Of a stretch of DNA of 64,000 nt, positions 13,496 through 26,207 are shown one piece after another. The notes below the pieces were generated by a model, which did not search any database, had not been told where the DNA came from, and saw only the letters and a program-made list of their open reading frames with translations. Position numbers and translations under genes: made by a program. The stretch is from Mobula hypostoma (Eukaryota), in the NCBI RefSeq assembly GCF_963921235.1, contig NC_086101.1, positions 12,092,001 to 12,156,000 on the forward strand, given 5' to 3'. Each line of letters begins with the position of its first letter. Within the stretch, counting starts at the first letter, position 1.

Positions 13496-14299
13496 CTTCC
13501 CATCCTGTGTCACCACTTTTCAATGATTTGATTTCATTGTTTACCTACAGAGCCAGCCCACTCTATCTGCCAACCGGTCTTCCCTTTTGATACCTGTATC
13601 CTTGGATACTAAGCTCCCAACTATGATCGTCTTTCAGCCATGACTCAGTGATGCCCACAAAGTCATAACTGCAACGGCACTGGTGAAACCCAGCGACTGC
13701 TTTTCAGTGGCAAACAAGACTTAGTTAATTTCACTTTTTCTGTTTAAGTTTATGGTAACTGATCACCACAAACAATGGAGAGGCTGGTAGAGGCGAGCAA
13801 GAATCGAGGATCAAAGCGAGCAGAGGTGAGACTGAGTTGACGGTCGAAGCGAGCGGGTGTGAGCTGAAATCGAGGCTGGTTCGAGGTGAGGAAGAGTCAA
13901 GGCCCGTCCACCTAAACTGAGGGCGAGGTTTGATCGATCCAAGCGCCAGGCCAATTTGTAAAGTTTGCGTACGGGCCGTAATGTGGCAGTGAAGTCTAGG
14001 CCCAGAGTGTATGTCATGACAGAGCTCCGACCCTAGAGCGAGGAACGACCCATTGTTCAGACGATTTAAGCGCCAGGCCAAATTGAAAAGGCAGGGTATC
14101 AGGACCAGAAGTGGATGTCAGGCCAGTTCTGCTCACTGTTCCGCAATATTTACACAGCACTGCGCTGAACTGAGGCTAAGGCTTTGGCCTGCTCTGGGTT
14201 TCACGACTGTCGATTTACTTTTGTTCTGAATGCAACTTGCTTACCGATATTGTTTGCATGATGTTTTGTTTCTCTGCACGTTGGGTGTTTGACAGTTTT

Positions 14300-15330
14300 C
14301 TTTTCTTAGGTTACACTTCAACTCATCCCTCTGACTGCAATGTTGCCCAATCATCTGCCTGTCCTTTCTCACAGGCTCACCACACACTGCATTGATTTGT
14401 AAACCAACATCCCCACTCTCAGCCCATTCACTCTGGTTCCTTTCCCTCCGCTAAATTTGTTTAAACCCTCCCCAACAGCTGTAGCAAACCTGCCTACAAA
14501 GATATTGGTTCCTTTGGGTTCAGATATAATCTGTCCCTTTGTACAGGTCATATCTTCCCCAGAAGAGATCTCAATGATCCAGAAATCTGAAACCCTGCTT
14601 CAGCCATGCACTCATCTGCCAAATCATCCTTTTTGTACCCTCACTGTGTGTGGCACAGGCAGCAAACCAGAGATTACTACCCTAGAGGTCCTGCTTTTCA
14701 GCTTTCTACCCAACTCCCTATATTGTCTCCTCAGGACCTCCTCCCGTTTCCTATTAATGCTGTTTACCACAATGTACCATGACATCTGGCTGCACACTCT
14801 CCCCCTTTATAATGCTGTAGATCTGATCTGAGATATCCCTGACCCTGGTACTTGGAAAACTATCATCAAGGTGTCTCTATCACGACCACAGAATTGCCTG
14901 TCTGCTCCTAATTATGAAACCACCCCCCCGCCCCCCGCCATCACTACTGCACTCATTTCCCCCTTCTTCCCTTCTGAGCCAGAAACAGTGCCAGGAACCT
15001 GACTGTTGTGGCTTTTCCCATTAGGTCATTCCACCCCACCAATGGTATCCAAAGCAATGTACTTGTTGAGGGGAACAACCACAGGGGTACTCTGCACTGG
15101 CTACCTATCCCCTTTTCCCCCTCCCGACAGTCACCTAGTTACCTGTGTCCTCTACCTTGGGTGTAAGTGCCTCCATCTGTCCTGTCGATCAACCCCCCAG
15201 TCTCCTGAATAATTTGGAGTTCGTGCAGTTCCAGCTCTGACTCCCTAATACGGTCTGGAAGAAGCTGCAGCCGGACGCTGGAGGTGTCCCTGTCGCTTCC
15301 CACGTACCACACGAGGAGCATCTCACTATC
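14300..15330 (-). mobile_element. Degenerate CR1 ORF1 (esterase) fragment
   Basis: KGTNIFVGRFA and DRIRESELEL fragments. Confidence 0.7.
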
Positions 15331-15333
15331 CTA

Positions 15334-15408
15334 CAGTACTGCGCAGAAGTCTTAGCAAACCTAGCTATGTTACATATCTAGGGTTCCTAAGACTTTTGCA
15401 CAGTACTG
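15334..15408. mobile_element. 75-bp palindromic Tc1-type mini-MITE
   Basis: CAGTACTGCGCAGAAGTCTTAG...CTAAGACTTTTGCACAGTACTG with TA on both sides. Confidence 0.8.
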
Positions 15409-16089
15409 TAATAATTTTATGTATTGTACTGTACTGCTGCCCCCCCCAAAAAAATCAAATTTCATGACACGTGAGTGAGGATAAACCTGATTTTGATACC
15501 AGTCTCTGTTGAGGACTGAGTGGAAGGGGGAGGGAGAGGGGAATCACATTTGGGAAAAGGAAGAGGCGAGAAAGTGAGAAGCCCCAGAGACACCTTAATG
15601 ATCAATAAACCAATTGTTTGGCACCAAATGCCCCTGCCTGGTGTGTGTCAGGCTGGGTGTGTCTGTACTCGCGACACCCCATGCTCCTGGCACTCCACTC
15701 TGCCACTTGTCCCACACCATGCCCAACATCCTTTGCTCTCACTAGATTTGCAAATGCATTCTCCGCTCCATGTGGACAAATAGTAGTGTGCAAGTCTTAG
15801 GCGCATATATATAGTTAGGGTGCCTAAGACTGTATCGTACGTACGGATAATAAACCTGATTCTGATTCTGAAAAGCTGGATCTCCATCTTTTACAGATTG
15901 CAAAGTAAACACTGCCTGAGGACTGCTGTGGTGTTCGTGCACCTAAAATTGGAGCATCCATCTTCATTGTGGTATTGTTTATGGAATCACAGCCAAGCCC
16001 AAAGGTCTATTCCGGACCATTTAAGTGCGACTCTGGTGTTACTAAGTCATTGGTCTGCGATTGCCAGTCACCGCCATCATTCCAGGTAA

Positions 16090-17400
16090 TCATAGTCATA
16101 CTTCATTGATCCCAGGGGAAACTGGCTTTCATTACAGTTGCACCATAAATAATAAATAGCAATAAAACCATAAATAGTTAAATAGTAATATGTAAATTAT
16201 GCCAGGAAATAAGTCCAGGACCAGCCTATTGGCTCAGGGTGTCTGACCCTCCAAGGGGGAAGTTGTAAAGTTTGATGGCCACAGGCAGGAATGACTTCCT
16301 ATGACGCTCTGTGCTGCATCTCGGTGGAATGAGTCTCTGGCTGAATGTACTCCTGTGCCCAACCAGTACATTATGTAGTGGATGGGAGACATTGTCCAAG
16401 ATGGCATGCAACTTAGACAGCATCCTCTTTTCAGACACCACCGTGAGAGAGTCCAGTTCCATCCCCACAACATCACTGGCCTTACGGATGAGTTTGTTGT
16501 TTCTGTTGGTGTCTGCTACCCTCAGCCTGCTGTCCCAGCACACAACAGCAAACATGATAGCACTGGTCACCACAGACTCGTAGAACATCCTCAGCATCGT
16601 CTGGCAGATGTTAAAGGACCTCAGTCTCCTCAGGAAATAGAGACAGCTCTGACCCTTCTTGTAGACAGCCTCAGTGTTCTTTGACCAGTCCAGTTTATTG
16701 TCAATTCGTATCCCCAGGTGTTTGTAATCCTCCACCATGTCCACACTGACCCCCTGGATGGAAACAGGTGTCACCGGTACCTTAGCTCTTCTCAGGTCTA
16801 CCACCAGCTCCTTAGTCTTTTTCACATTAAGCTGCAGATGATTCTGCTCACACCATGTGACAAAGTTTCCTACCGTAGCCCTGTACTCAGCCTCATCTCC
16901 CTTGCTGATGCATCCAACTATGGCAGAGTCATCAGAAAACTTCTGAAGATGACAAGACTCTATGCAGTAGTTGAAGTCCGAGGTGTAAATGGTGAAGAGA
17001 AAGGGAGACAAGACAGTCCCCTGTGGAGCCCCAGTGCTGCTGATCACTGTCGGACACACACTGTTGCAAGCACACGTACTGTGGTCTACCAGTCAGGTAG
17101 TCAAGAATCCATGACACCAGGGAAGCATCCACCTGTATCGCTGTCAGCTTCTCCCCCAGCAGAGCAGGGTGGATGGTGTTGAACGCACTGGAGAAGTCAA
17201 AAAACATGACCCTCACAGTGCTTGCTGGCTTCTCCAGGTGGGCGTAGACACGGTTCAGCAGGTAGACAATGGCATACTCAATTCCTGAATGGTGGTGCAG
17301 GCTCGAAGGGCCGAATGGCCTACTCCTACACCTATTTTCTATGTTTCTAGTCGGGGCTGGTAGGCGAACTGGAGGGCATCTAAGTGTGGCCTGACCATAT
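16090..17400 (-). mobile_element. Rex1/Babar-type LINE 3' part (RT), with a ~65-bp CR1 tail inserted at 17286-17349
   Basis: FFDFSSAFNTI, GAPQGTVLSPFLFTIYT, KFSDDSAIVG; TATGAC tail. Confidence 0.85.
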
Positions 17401-18035
17401 CTCTGGAGCTGTGGTAAGTCCTTCATTTTACATTGCACAGGCACCACTGTTAATTTTCCAATTTATTTAGTTTAATCAGAATGCACATGGGAGTATTGTG
17501 AGCAGTTTTGAGCCCCATATTCAAGAAAGGATGTGCTGGCACTGGAGAGGGTTCACGAGAATACCTTGAAAATAAAAGGGTTAATGTATGAAGAATGTTT
17601 GATGGATTAGGCCTGTACTTGCTGGAGTTTAGAAGAATGAGGGGGGAATAAAAACTGAATATTGAAAGGCATACATAGAGTGGACATGGAGAGGATGTTT
17701 CAAATTGTGGGAGAGTCTAGGACCAGAGGGCACAGCCTCAGAACATCCCTTTAGAGGGTGGTGAATCTGTGGAATTCATTACCACAGACAGCTGTGGACT
17801 CCAAGCCATTGGGTATATTTAAAGCTGAGGTAGATAAGTTCTCGATTAGTGAGAGCGTTAAAGGCCACGGGGTGAAGACAGGTGAATGGAGTTGAGAGGA
17901 AAAATAAATCGACTATGATCAAATGGTGAGCAGACTCAATAAGCTGAAAGGCCTGATTTTGCTCTGCTCTCTCTTGGTCTTAAAATTGAGCTTTGGTAAT
18001 CATCAGAACAGCAAACTGGATTAAAATAGATATGA

Positions 18036-18041
18036 TTTATT
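18036..18041 (-). promoter_or_regulatory. Candidate CCHCR1 polyadenylation signal AATAAA
   Basis: tttatt on the + strand, ~590 bp past the stop codon, at the end of a non-repetitive putative 3' UTR. Confidence 0.6.
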
Positions 18042-18627
18042 GTTTAAAAAATATTACTCACAATATAAATATAAACTTCAGTTTTTGATGAAAACATTAG
18101 GAATTAGGGCCAACCTGTCAGATATAGTACAAAAGCAGAAAGCTGGTTAGTGAAACCTTGTGATTAAACCATTATATGGGGTATAACAAAACCAGCTGTC
18201 AGAGAGTTTAAACTTCCACAACATTACGTCCGTGGTTGATAAGGGGGTTACAACTTGGCTTGTGATCGCTCCCCTCTGCTGTGTCAGGAAAGGCATGTAT
18301 CCCAGTGCGTAACCTTTTCGTTTAAGCAGATGGGAACTTGGTTTACCGTTTTGGATTTTGCAGCTTCAGATTCACTGGACTAGGAATGAAACCTCTCAGC
18401 GTTTATGTGGAGAGGCACGCACCATGAGCTGCAGAGCATCTGACTGTGCACCAAACTAGTGTGATGAAGATCTACTTCAGAGAGCTGCGGAAGCAGAAAT
18501 GAGCTGCAGCTCGTATTCTCCCACATGCATCACCAACTGATCTTATCTGCGGAAGCCTGTGATCACCCAGGAGCATTAATCAGCTGGCAATCTTCAAGGA
18601 AAAGTTGGCTTGAAACTTCCTTCCTTC

Positions 18628-18734
18628 CTACTGAGTTTCTTCCTCCTCCTCCTCTGTTATCTCTCTCTCCTCTTCATCCATAGTCACTGCTGCGCTCAAT
18701 ACTTGCAGTTCCTTGAGAACCTCTGCAAGGGAAT
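18628..18734 (-). CDS. CCHCR1: CCHCR1 terminal coding exon (stop TAG at 18628-18630)
   Basis: ttccag acceptor, phase 1; DSLAEVLKELQVLSAAVTMDEEEREITEEEEETQ*, resembling recalled GSLSVLLDDLQDLSEAI. Confidence 0.88.
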
Positions 18735-18920
18735 CTGGAATCGGGGGAAAAAGAACTATTATAATAGCCTTTCCTAACTCGAAGGCATTAAAGTGATCTA
18801 TGATGACTAACAGCCGCATCTTTAAAGAGGTAGTAGCATTGTCCAATACTGTGAGTAAACTCCTACAAATGTCAGTGCGATGATCATCTGATTGTATTTC
18901 TCAATGATGTCACTCAAGAC

Positions 18921-19190
18921 AGGCCAAGTAGCACAGTGAGTTAAAGCTGCCTCCTCAAAGTGCCAGAGACCTGGGTTCAATCCTGACCTCCAGTGCTATC
19001 TGTGTGGAGTTTTCACGTCTTCTGTGTGACTGTGGGTTGCCTCCATTTTGTCCCACGTCCCAAAGAAGTGGAGGCTGGTAGGGTACCTGGCCAGCGTAGA
19101 TTACCCCCAGTGTGTGGGTAAATGGTAGGACACGGAGAAGGGGAATCGATGGGTATGTGGGAAGATTAAATTAGGATTGATGGATGGTTA
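18921..19190 (+). mobile_element. tRNA-derived V-domain SINE (HE1-like)
   Basis: A-box-like tagcacagtgag, B box GGTTCAATCC, V domain tgtgtggagttttcacgtc...tcccacgtcccaaaga. Confidence 0.75.
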
Positions 19191-21295
19191 ATGGTGTGTC
19201 CTTCCAGTAAGATGGTGACACGCTCAGATGCAGTGGGGTCAACCACAGATGTCATTGTCTTTTTTATGATCGCAGACCCTGCTGGACATTAAAAACTTAA
19301 AAGTACTGCAGGCCTACACATTCATCGAGTTGCTCATCAGCAGAGAAACTGACGGAGCTGGACGGTGCGGACCATGATACTGCCTGTGTCACTGCATGAA
19401 GGAGGTGTGTAGGTTAGTAGAGAGTGAATCGTCTTAGTCACTTGTGATCACAAGACCCTGTTGGTGGTGGGGACTACTGAAAGTCCAGTTCATTGGTTTG
19501 TTGGAAAACGGCAGGGCCAGGCAGCGGGGGAGATGAGTGGCCTCAGTCGTGGCATGGACTAGGCCTCAAGCCGCGGTGCTGCCTGTTTGCAGCCGCCCAG
19601 TGGCAGGTGACGGAGTTGCAGGCAGTGTGGTGCGGCCTCCATGCTCGAGTCGGTGCTGCCCCCCCAGTGTTCGCTTGGCAGAAGACAAGCTGTACTGTGT
19701 TCCACTGCACACTGCTGCAACATTCATGGACTCGGGCACTTGGACTATTTTGTTCTGTGACTGCATTTTACTGCTGTCTTATACTTGCCACCTTTTAGGT
19801 GTTTGCTACCTTGTATGTGCTACATGTGTCTTATGTTGGCACCTTGGCCCCTGAGGAACACTGTTTCATTGGGCTTTATTCATGGGTCTTCCTGTATGGT
19901 TGAATGACAATTTCATTGAAAACTTGAACATGAACTTTGGGTACACAGGACTTCCTGCTCTCCCTCAGTAGGACCTTCCTCTGCCCTCCCTCCCCACCCC
20001 CCAGAAGGTGGACACGAGCTTCATTCAACATCCCTTCCAAAAGCCTTAGCTGCTTCCCTGCTCAGTGGAATGGAGGAAGGGATAAACAGGTGAGAGTGAG
20101 GGATAAGGATGAGAACATAGAACGGGACAGCACAGGAACAGGCTCTTTGGCCCACAGTGTGCCAAACTAACTCAATTAGGAATCAAGTGGCCAACTAAAA
20201 TGATCTCTTCTGCCTACATAATGTCCATATCCTTCTATTTCCCTCATATTCACGCTCTTATCTAAACATCTCTGAAAAGTCAATGTTTCTGCCTCTACCG
20301 CCATCCCAGGCAGCACGTTCCATGCACCCACCACTCTCTGTGTGAAAAAACCTGCCCCTCACATCTTCTTTTGAAGTTACCACCTCTCACTTTAAATGCA
20401 TGCCCTCTGGTGGGAACCGCGGGGGACAGTGGATGAAAAGCCGATGATATCGGAAGAGTTGATGTTATAAGGTGGCATCATTAGATGAAGTGCAATGGGG
20501 AGAGGGAGAGCAAGAGAGGTGAGCGAAGTCTGGGGATCAGATGGTTCAAGGCTCGAAGGCCACAGCTTCTGGATCGGCACGTCCAGTGGTCTGCGATTCT
20601 GGGCAAGGGCTCGAAGGTTGCAGGCCTGAAGTCTGAGTCTGAGAGTCTGGGGCTGAGGTCTGGAGGTCACAAGTCTGGAAGCAGCTTGTCCTGATCTTGG
20701 CGGCTTAGCTATGTGTGTGAGTGGGAAAGGGGCTTGCTTTGCTGTTGCTGGTGTTGCCTGTGTTACTCTGGTGACTGTAGTGAGCACGTGGTGTTGGCAC
20801 CAGAACTCTGGCAACACTTGCGGGCTCCCTCCGGAACATCATTAGGTTTCTGTTGGCCATTAACACAAGTGACGCATTTGACTGTATGTTTCGATGTAAT
20901 CCAGGTGAGAGTTTTCTGTTTTAATTTGCAGTGCCGAGCTTGGTGATAGTTGCAGATACTTAAGGGACTCTTTGACAAGCACAGGGACGGGAGAAAAATG
21001 GAGGCATGGAGAAGGGGTAAATTGATTTTGGAGTCGGTTAAAAGGTTGGCACAACACTGGGCTGAAGGGTTTGTACAATGCTGTACTGTTTTACAATGTT
21101 TTACATTCTGACATCCCCCTATACTTTCCACCCATCACCTTGTTGTATTAGCCATTCCCATCCCGCAAAAAAGGTTCTGGCTGTTTCTGCTACACCTCTA
21201 TCAAGCCACCTCTCACCTTCCTTCGCAAAGTGACTGGTTCCAGCGCCCTTCTGCTTCAGTCATCACGACGGGAAACTGCAACTGCTCACACGTAC

Positions 21296-21449
21296 CTTTC
21301 GAGGGGTCAGTGCCTCTAGGCCTCGAGGCTGGCGACTGGGCTGGGGCCCTGGTTGGCTTCGACTGGTCAGAGAGGGCAGTAGACATGTGGACAGCCACAG
21401 CTCGGCTCTTCCTGAACTGACTGAGTAGCCCTTCCTGTCTCAGTGTCGC
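21296..21449 (-). CDS. CCHCR1: CCHCR1 coding exon
   Basis: cggcag/gtacgt, 154 bp, phase 0-1; ATLRQEGLLSQFRKSR...GTDPSK. Confidence 0.92.
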
Positions 21450-21718
21450 CTGCCGTTTTAAAAAAAATAAATTTCACTAGTCACATTTTTGAAAAAATGT
21501 TATTTTGAGACACAGCACGGTGACAGGCCTTCCAGTCCAAGGGGTTCCCAGTTCTAATTGTAGCTCAGTGACGTGAACCCCCCGCATCCCCCTCCCACCC
21601 CCACGGATACTGCTGAGCAGATCCCCAGCTCTGTTCTCCCCACCCCCGCCCCCCCCTCCGAACCTGCCTGCACAACAGACAACTCTCACCTCCTGTCCCC
21701 CACCAGGGCGGTGCTTAC

Positions 21719-21870
21719 CACCAGGAGGTTCTTGTCCCGTTGCAGCTCCCTCAGCTGCTCACTCAGCTTCTGGGCCTCCCGCTGGAGTTGCTCTTCCTGT
21801 AGCTTCGCGCAGGTCTCCAGCCGCTCCTTGTCTCGCGCCGCCTGGCGGTCCGTTTGGCGCAGGGCCACCA
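21719..21870 (-). CDS. CCHCR1: CCHCR1 coding exon
   Basis: acacag/gtaagc, 152 bp, phase 1-0; VVALRQTDRQAARDKER...LRELQRDKNLLV. Confidence 0.94.
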
Positions 21871-22796
21871 CTGTGTTTGCGAGAGACCGAGAAAACGCCT
21901 AAACAGCTGCTAACGTAACAAGCTGCCACCCTTGCCCATTTGAGGGGATTTGTTAGGTCACCGTATTTCCACAGTTGTATTGTGGAGAGCATTCTGATTG
22001 CTTCACCGTTTGGTATGGAAGGGTGCACTGCACGGGGTTGGAAAAAGCTGCAGAGGGTCGTAAACTCAGCCAGCTCCATTATGAGAGCTCTCTTCACCAT
22101 CAAAGACATTTTCAAAAGGTGATGCCTCAGAAAGGCAGCGTCCATCATTAAAGACCCTCATCACTCAGGACATCCCCTCTTCTCATTACTACCATCTGGG
22201 AGAAGGTTCAGGAGCTTGAAGGCACACACTTAATGTTTTAGAAATAGCTTCTTCCACTCTACCATCAGATTCCATGAACCCATGAGGACTACCTCAGTAA
22301 TTTGCTATGTGTTCGCACTGAGGCTCAGACGGTGAAGTCTGACCCTCCATTGAACCCAGTCACCCCCCACTTGAGCAAGACTGCTGGACCAACAACTACC
22401 CTGACTGACAGAAGAGCAACCCATTCACAGCCACCCGGTTAGAGGGACTGTCGGATTAGACTTAGGGGGACAAAGGAGTTTAGCTGGAGAACTCTTGGGA
22501 CCCAGGACTTAACCCACTGAATCAGGGATGCTTCTCAAAGTTCATTTATTATCAAAGTATGTATACTTTATACAACCTTAGGTTCGTCCCCTTGCAGGCA
22601 GCCACAAAACAGGAAAACCTAATAGCACTCTTTAAGAAAAGAAACCTGTCAAACACCCAAAGTGCAAAAAACAACATTCATAACTGAAGCCCACCGACAT
22701 GAAGCCAGCCGTCACTGTAGCTGATTCAGAAGTGCGGTAGTTGCAGACAACTGCCTCAGTTCACTGCAGAGCAAGCAAACCTCATGGAGCAGCGGG

Positions 22797-23190
22797 CTGT
22801 ACAGGCCCGTCTCTTGTCTCCAGCCTGACACGCTGACCTTCCCAATCTGTACAGGCCCGTCTCCTGTCTCCAGCCCCGACACCCCGACCTTCCCAATCTG
22901 TACAGGCCCGTCTCCTGTCTCCAGCCCCGACACCCCGACCTTCCCAATCTGTACAGGCTCGTCTCCTGTCTCCAGCCCCGACACCCCGACCTTCCCAATC
23001 TGTACAGGCCCGTCTCCTGTCTCCAGCCCCGACACCCCGACCTTCCCAATCTGTACAGGCTCGTCTCCTGTCTCCAGCCCCGACACCCCGACCTTCCCAA
23101 TCTGTACAGGCCCGTCTCCTGTCTCCAGCCCCGACACCCCGACCTTCCCAATCTGTACAGGCCCGTCTCTTATCTCCAGCCCAACACCCT
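22797..23190. repeat. 51-bp minisatellite, ~7.7 copies
   Basis: Unit ctgtacaggcccgtctcctgtctccagccccgacaccccgaccttcccaat starts at 22797, 22847, 22898, 22949, 23000, 23051, 23102 and 23153. Confidence 0.95.
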
Positions 23191-23856
23191 GATCTTTGCA
23201 ATCTGGCCTGGTGTTTAAATTGTCCAAACCTTGGGTTGCTCCTCACTCTGGGGCCTGAGCCCCGCTGCCCCGATTCAGTCCGTACCTGACCTTTTTAATT
23301 CGGCTTGGTGTTTAAATTGATCAAGCCTTGGATCTTCCTTTGCTCTTGGGCCCGGGATCCACCTCGACTCTGCCTCACCTCCACTTGCCTTGCCTCGGTT
23401 CTGCTGCATCAAATTGTCTCCAAGTGCACTCCAGCAATGGCCAAACATTGGCTCATTCCCTGCTCTCTGACCCGGACACCGCTGCCGCAATTCAGCCCGT
23501 ATATGCCACTCTGCAACCGTTCTGCACCTTCCAGACTTCAGCTCCCACCGCAAAAATGCTAAGTTCAAAAGCTCAATTCCGACAGGGAAATTACAGGCAC
23601 CGACATAGTGTGCCCACAACTTACCAAGCCTAACTAAATGACTTTGGAATGTGGGAGGAAATCCACGTCCTTACAGACAGCGGTGGGAATTAAACCTTCT
23701 AAAACATTGCACTATGCTACCACGCTGTCCAAAATGTCAGCACTTCCTTTCCTCCCACAGCAGACTGTGTGTTGTTCCAGAAGATGGACACTGTGATGAT
23801 GGGTGGGGGACCCTTTCTGCCCTTGTCTCACCCCCCTCCCAGCCTGCCCCACTTAC

Positions 23857-23958
23857 CTGCCTTGGTATGCTCCCTGCGCGCCTCGTTGAGTCGCTTCTCC
23901 ATTTCGGACAGCTGCTCGGCTGCACGCCTCTCCACCTCCGCCATCTTCTCACGCAGGG
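23857..23958 (-). CDS. CCHCR1: CCHCR1 coding exon
   Basis: ctgcag/gtaagt, 102 bp; ALREKMAEVERRAAEQLSEMEKRLNEARREHTKA (recalled human RRLNEARREHAKA). Confidence 0.95.
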
Positions 23959-24505
23959 CTGCAGGGACAACGCAGGCTGGTGAGCCTATCGCAGCCACTA
24001 CTGGCTTGTTACTATCACACAGGATTCGGACTGCAAGTCCGTAAGACACAGAAGCAGAATTTGGCTGGTCAGCCCATTCTAATCACCCCATTACAGGAAG
24101 GATGTGCAGACGAGGTTCATCACGATGATGCCTGGATAAGTTACAAGGAGAGGCTGGACAAAATTGGATTGTTTTCTCTGAATTGCTGAAAAAATTCGAG
24201 AGGCATAGACAGTGCAGACAGGATCCTTCTTCCCCCCAGAGTAGAAACGTCAGATACTGCAGCATATTAAATTAAGCTGAGGGAATATTTAAAGGAGAGG
24301 TCTATTTTACATAGAGAATGGTGGGTGCCTGGATAGTGATAGAAGCAAAATATGACAGTGGTGTTTAGGAGGCTTTTATATAGGTTGCATGAATATGTGG
24401 AGAAGGGAGAGATACAGATGGTGTTTAGGTTTTAACTTAGTTTAGCACAGATATTGTGGGCTAAAGGACCTGTCCCTGTGCTGTACCATTTTGGGCCATT
24501 CCATA

Positions 24506-25050
24506 CAACACTGTGCAGCAGTCTCAGACACATATATAGCTCGACTGTCTAAGCCTGTTGCATAGTACTGTCGTGATTTTTATGTACTGAACTGTACTTA
24601 GGCCACAAAAAAACAAATTTCATTACATATGTGAGTGATGATAACCATTATTCTGATATGGGTCTCTACTGTGGACTGAGATTGGGAAGGGGACAGGGAG
24701 AGGAGAATCATGGTTGGGAAAAGGGGAGGGAACAGGGAGGGAGTGGGAAGCACCAGAGAAACGTTCGGTTATGGTCAATAAACCACTTGTTTGGAATCCA
24801 ACGACCTTGTCTGGTGTCTCAGGGATGGGTGTGTCTTCACCCAAGCCACTCCCCACCCTGGCATTCCTTCTCTGCCAACCGTCCCATACCCCTCCACAGC
24901 AGACTGTGTGTCTCCACCTGCAACGTTCTCCACATCCTTTGCTCCCGTCAGGTTTACAAACTCGCTCTCTGCTCCACGTTGACAAATACAGTACTGTGCA
25001 AATGTTTTAGGCACCCTAGCTCTATATATGTACCCAAGACTTTTGTACTG
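24506..25050. mobile_element. Composite element bracketed by two Tc1 mini-MITEs (second copy at 15334-15840)
   Basis: Same internal segment and paired palindromes in both copies; TA flanks. Confidence 0.7.
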
Positions 25051-25219
25051 TAAACCACCTCCTCCTCCAGTGTTATTCAGGGTGGGCTATCAACACTAGC
25101 CTGGTGGATGAATGGGCCTGGATCATAAGAACGAACTGAAATGGACGGACGAAGTATGTTCTCCACTGCAGCTTCCCATCTTGGCTGTGGATTCTCTTTG
25201 CACCGCGCTCCAGCCTCAC

Positions 25220-25408
25220 CTTCTTCGTAGTGCGCCTGCTGCCGGCACAGGTCTGCCTTTAGATCCTCCGCGGCCTCCCAGGCCTCCTTCAGCTCCTGCT
25301 GGGCCTCGCTCAGCTGCTCGGTCAGCCTCTGCTGCTGTCGGGTCTCCTGCGCCAAGGCTTCCTCCAGCTGCCCCTTCGCCGCCAGGTGCTCCTTCAAGTC
25401 CACCTCAA
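25220..25408 (-). CDS. CCHCR1: CCHCR1 coding exon
   Basis: ttttag/gtgagg, 189 bp, phase 1-1; coiled-coil EVDLKEHLAAKGQLEEALAQE...QQAHYEE. Confidence 0.92.
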
Positions 25409-26013
25409 CTAAAATTAGAACAGGAAGAGGGGGAAATGGAGAAGGTCTCTCCAAAGAGGTTTCAGATAAGAAGTGTGGCTTTAAATGCCAGTTTAGCATG
25501 GTTCCATCAAAACCCAACACCTCTCCAGGAGAAATTACAATCACTGTCAAATTTTGCTGGTGTTTATTGAAGCACCTATCCAGATGCATCACTCTTTGTA
25601 CGGCAACTGTTCTATCTGTGACTGCAAGAAACTGCAGAGATTTGTGGACACATTCCACAGTCCACCATCCTTTCCTAACAGATTCCTTCATCTTCAGTAC
25701 TTTACCTCTTCAACCTATCCCCTCCCAGCTTCTCACTCTCACCTCCCCCCTCAGCTGGTTTCCCCTATCACCTGCCCACTTGTACTCCTTCCTCTCTCCC
25801 CACCTTCTAACTCCGGCGTCTGCCCCTGCCTTTCCAGGCCTGATGAAGGAACATTGGCTGTTTATTCCTCACCATTGATGCTGCCTGACTCATTCAGTTC
25901 CTCCATCATCTTGTGTGTGTTCCTCAAGATTTTCAGCATCTACAGACCAGGTGTGGGTCTGGTGCAAACCGATGGGGTGGCTCCCAGAGGGGAGAGTGCC
26001 ACAGCATACTCAC

Positions 26014-26138
26014 ACTTCAGCCGCGCCTCTGTAACCTTCCTCTCAATCAGCTGCGAGTTCCGCCTCAGTTCAGCTGCCAGCTGGTCCCGCTCCCCGTTCA
26101 GCATTTCCAGCTCCTTCTCCAGATCCTCATAGGGGCGT
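26014..26138 (-). CDS. CCHCR1: CCHCR1 coding exon
   Basis: gcacag/gtgagt, 125 bp, phase 2-1; RPYEDLEKELEMLNGERDQLAAELRRNSQLIERKVTEARLK. Confidence 0.92.
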
Positions 26139-26207
26139 CTGTGCGGGGAGAACAGGAAAACGTATTGAGGGCTGTGACAGGTCCGCCAACCTTGCCAGGT
26201 TCTAGTG

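Noticed and set aside
18921..18995. tRNA gene
   Set aside because: It has A/B boxes but no clean cloverleaf and runs directly into a V-SINE body.
22712..23246. Repeat-protein ORFs or a CRISPR-like array
   Set aside because: The units are contiguous 51-bp repeats with no unique spacers, in an intron of a eukaryote. The ORFs arise from a stop-free unit.
25077..25691. 204-aa single-exon ORF
   Set aside because: Only 25220-25408 is a real CCHCR1 exon; the rest is intronic read-through into repeats.
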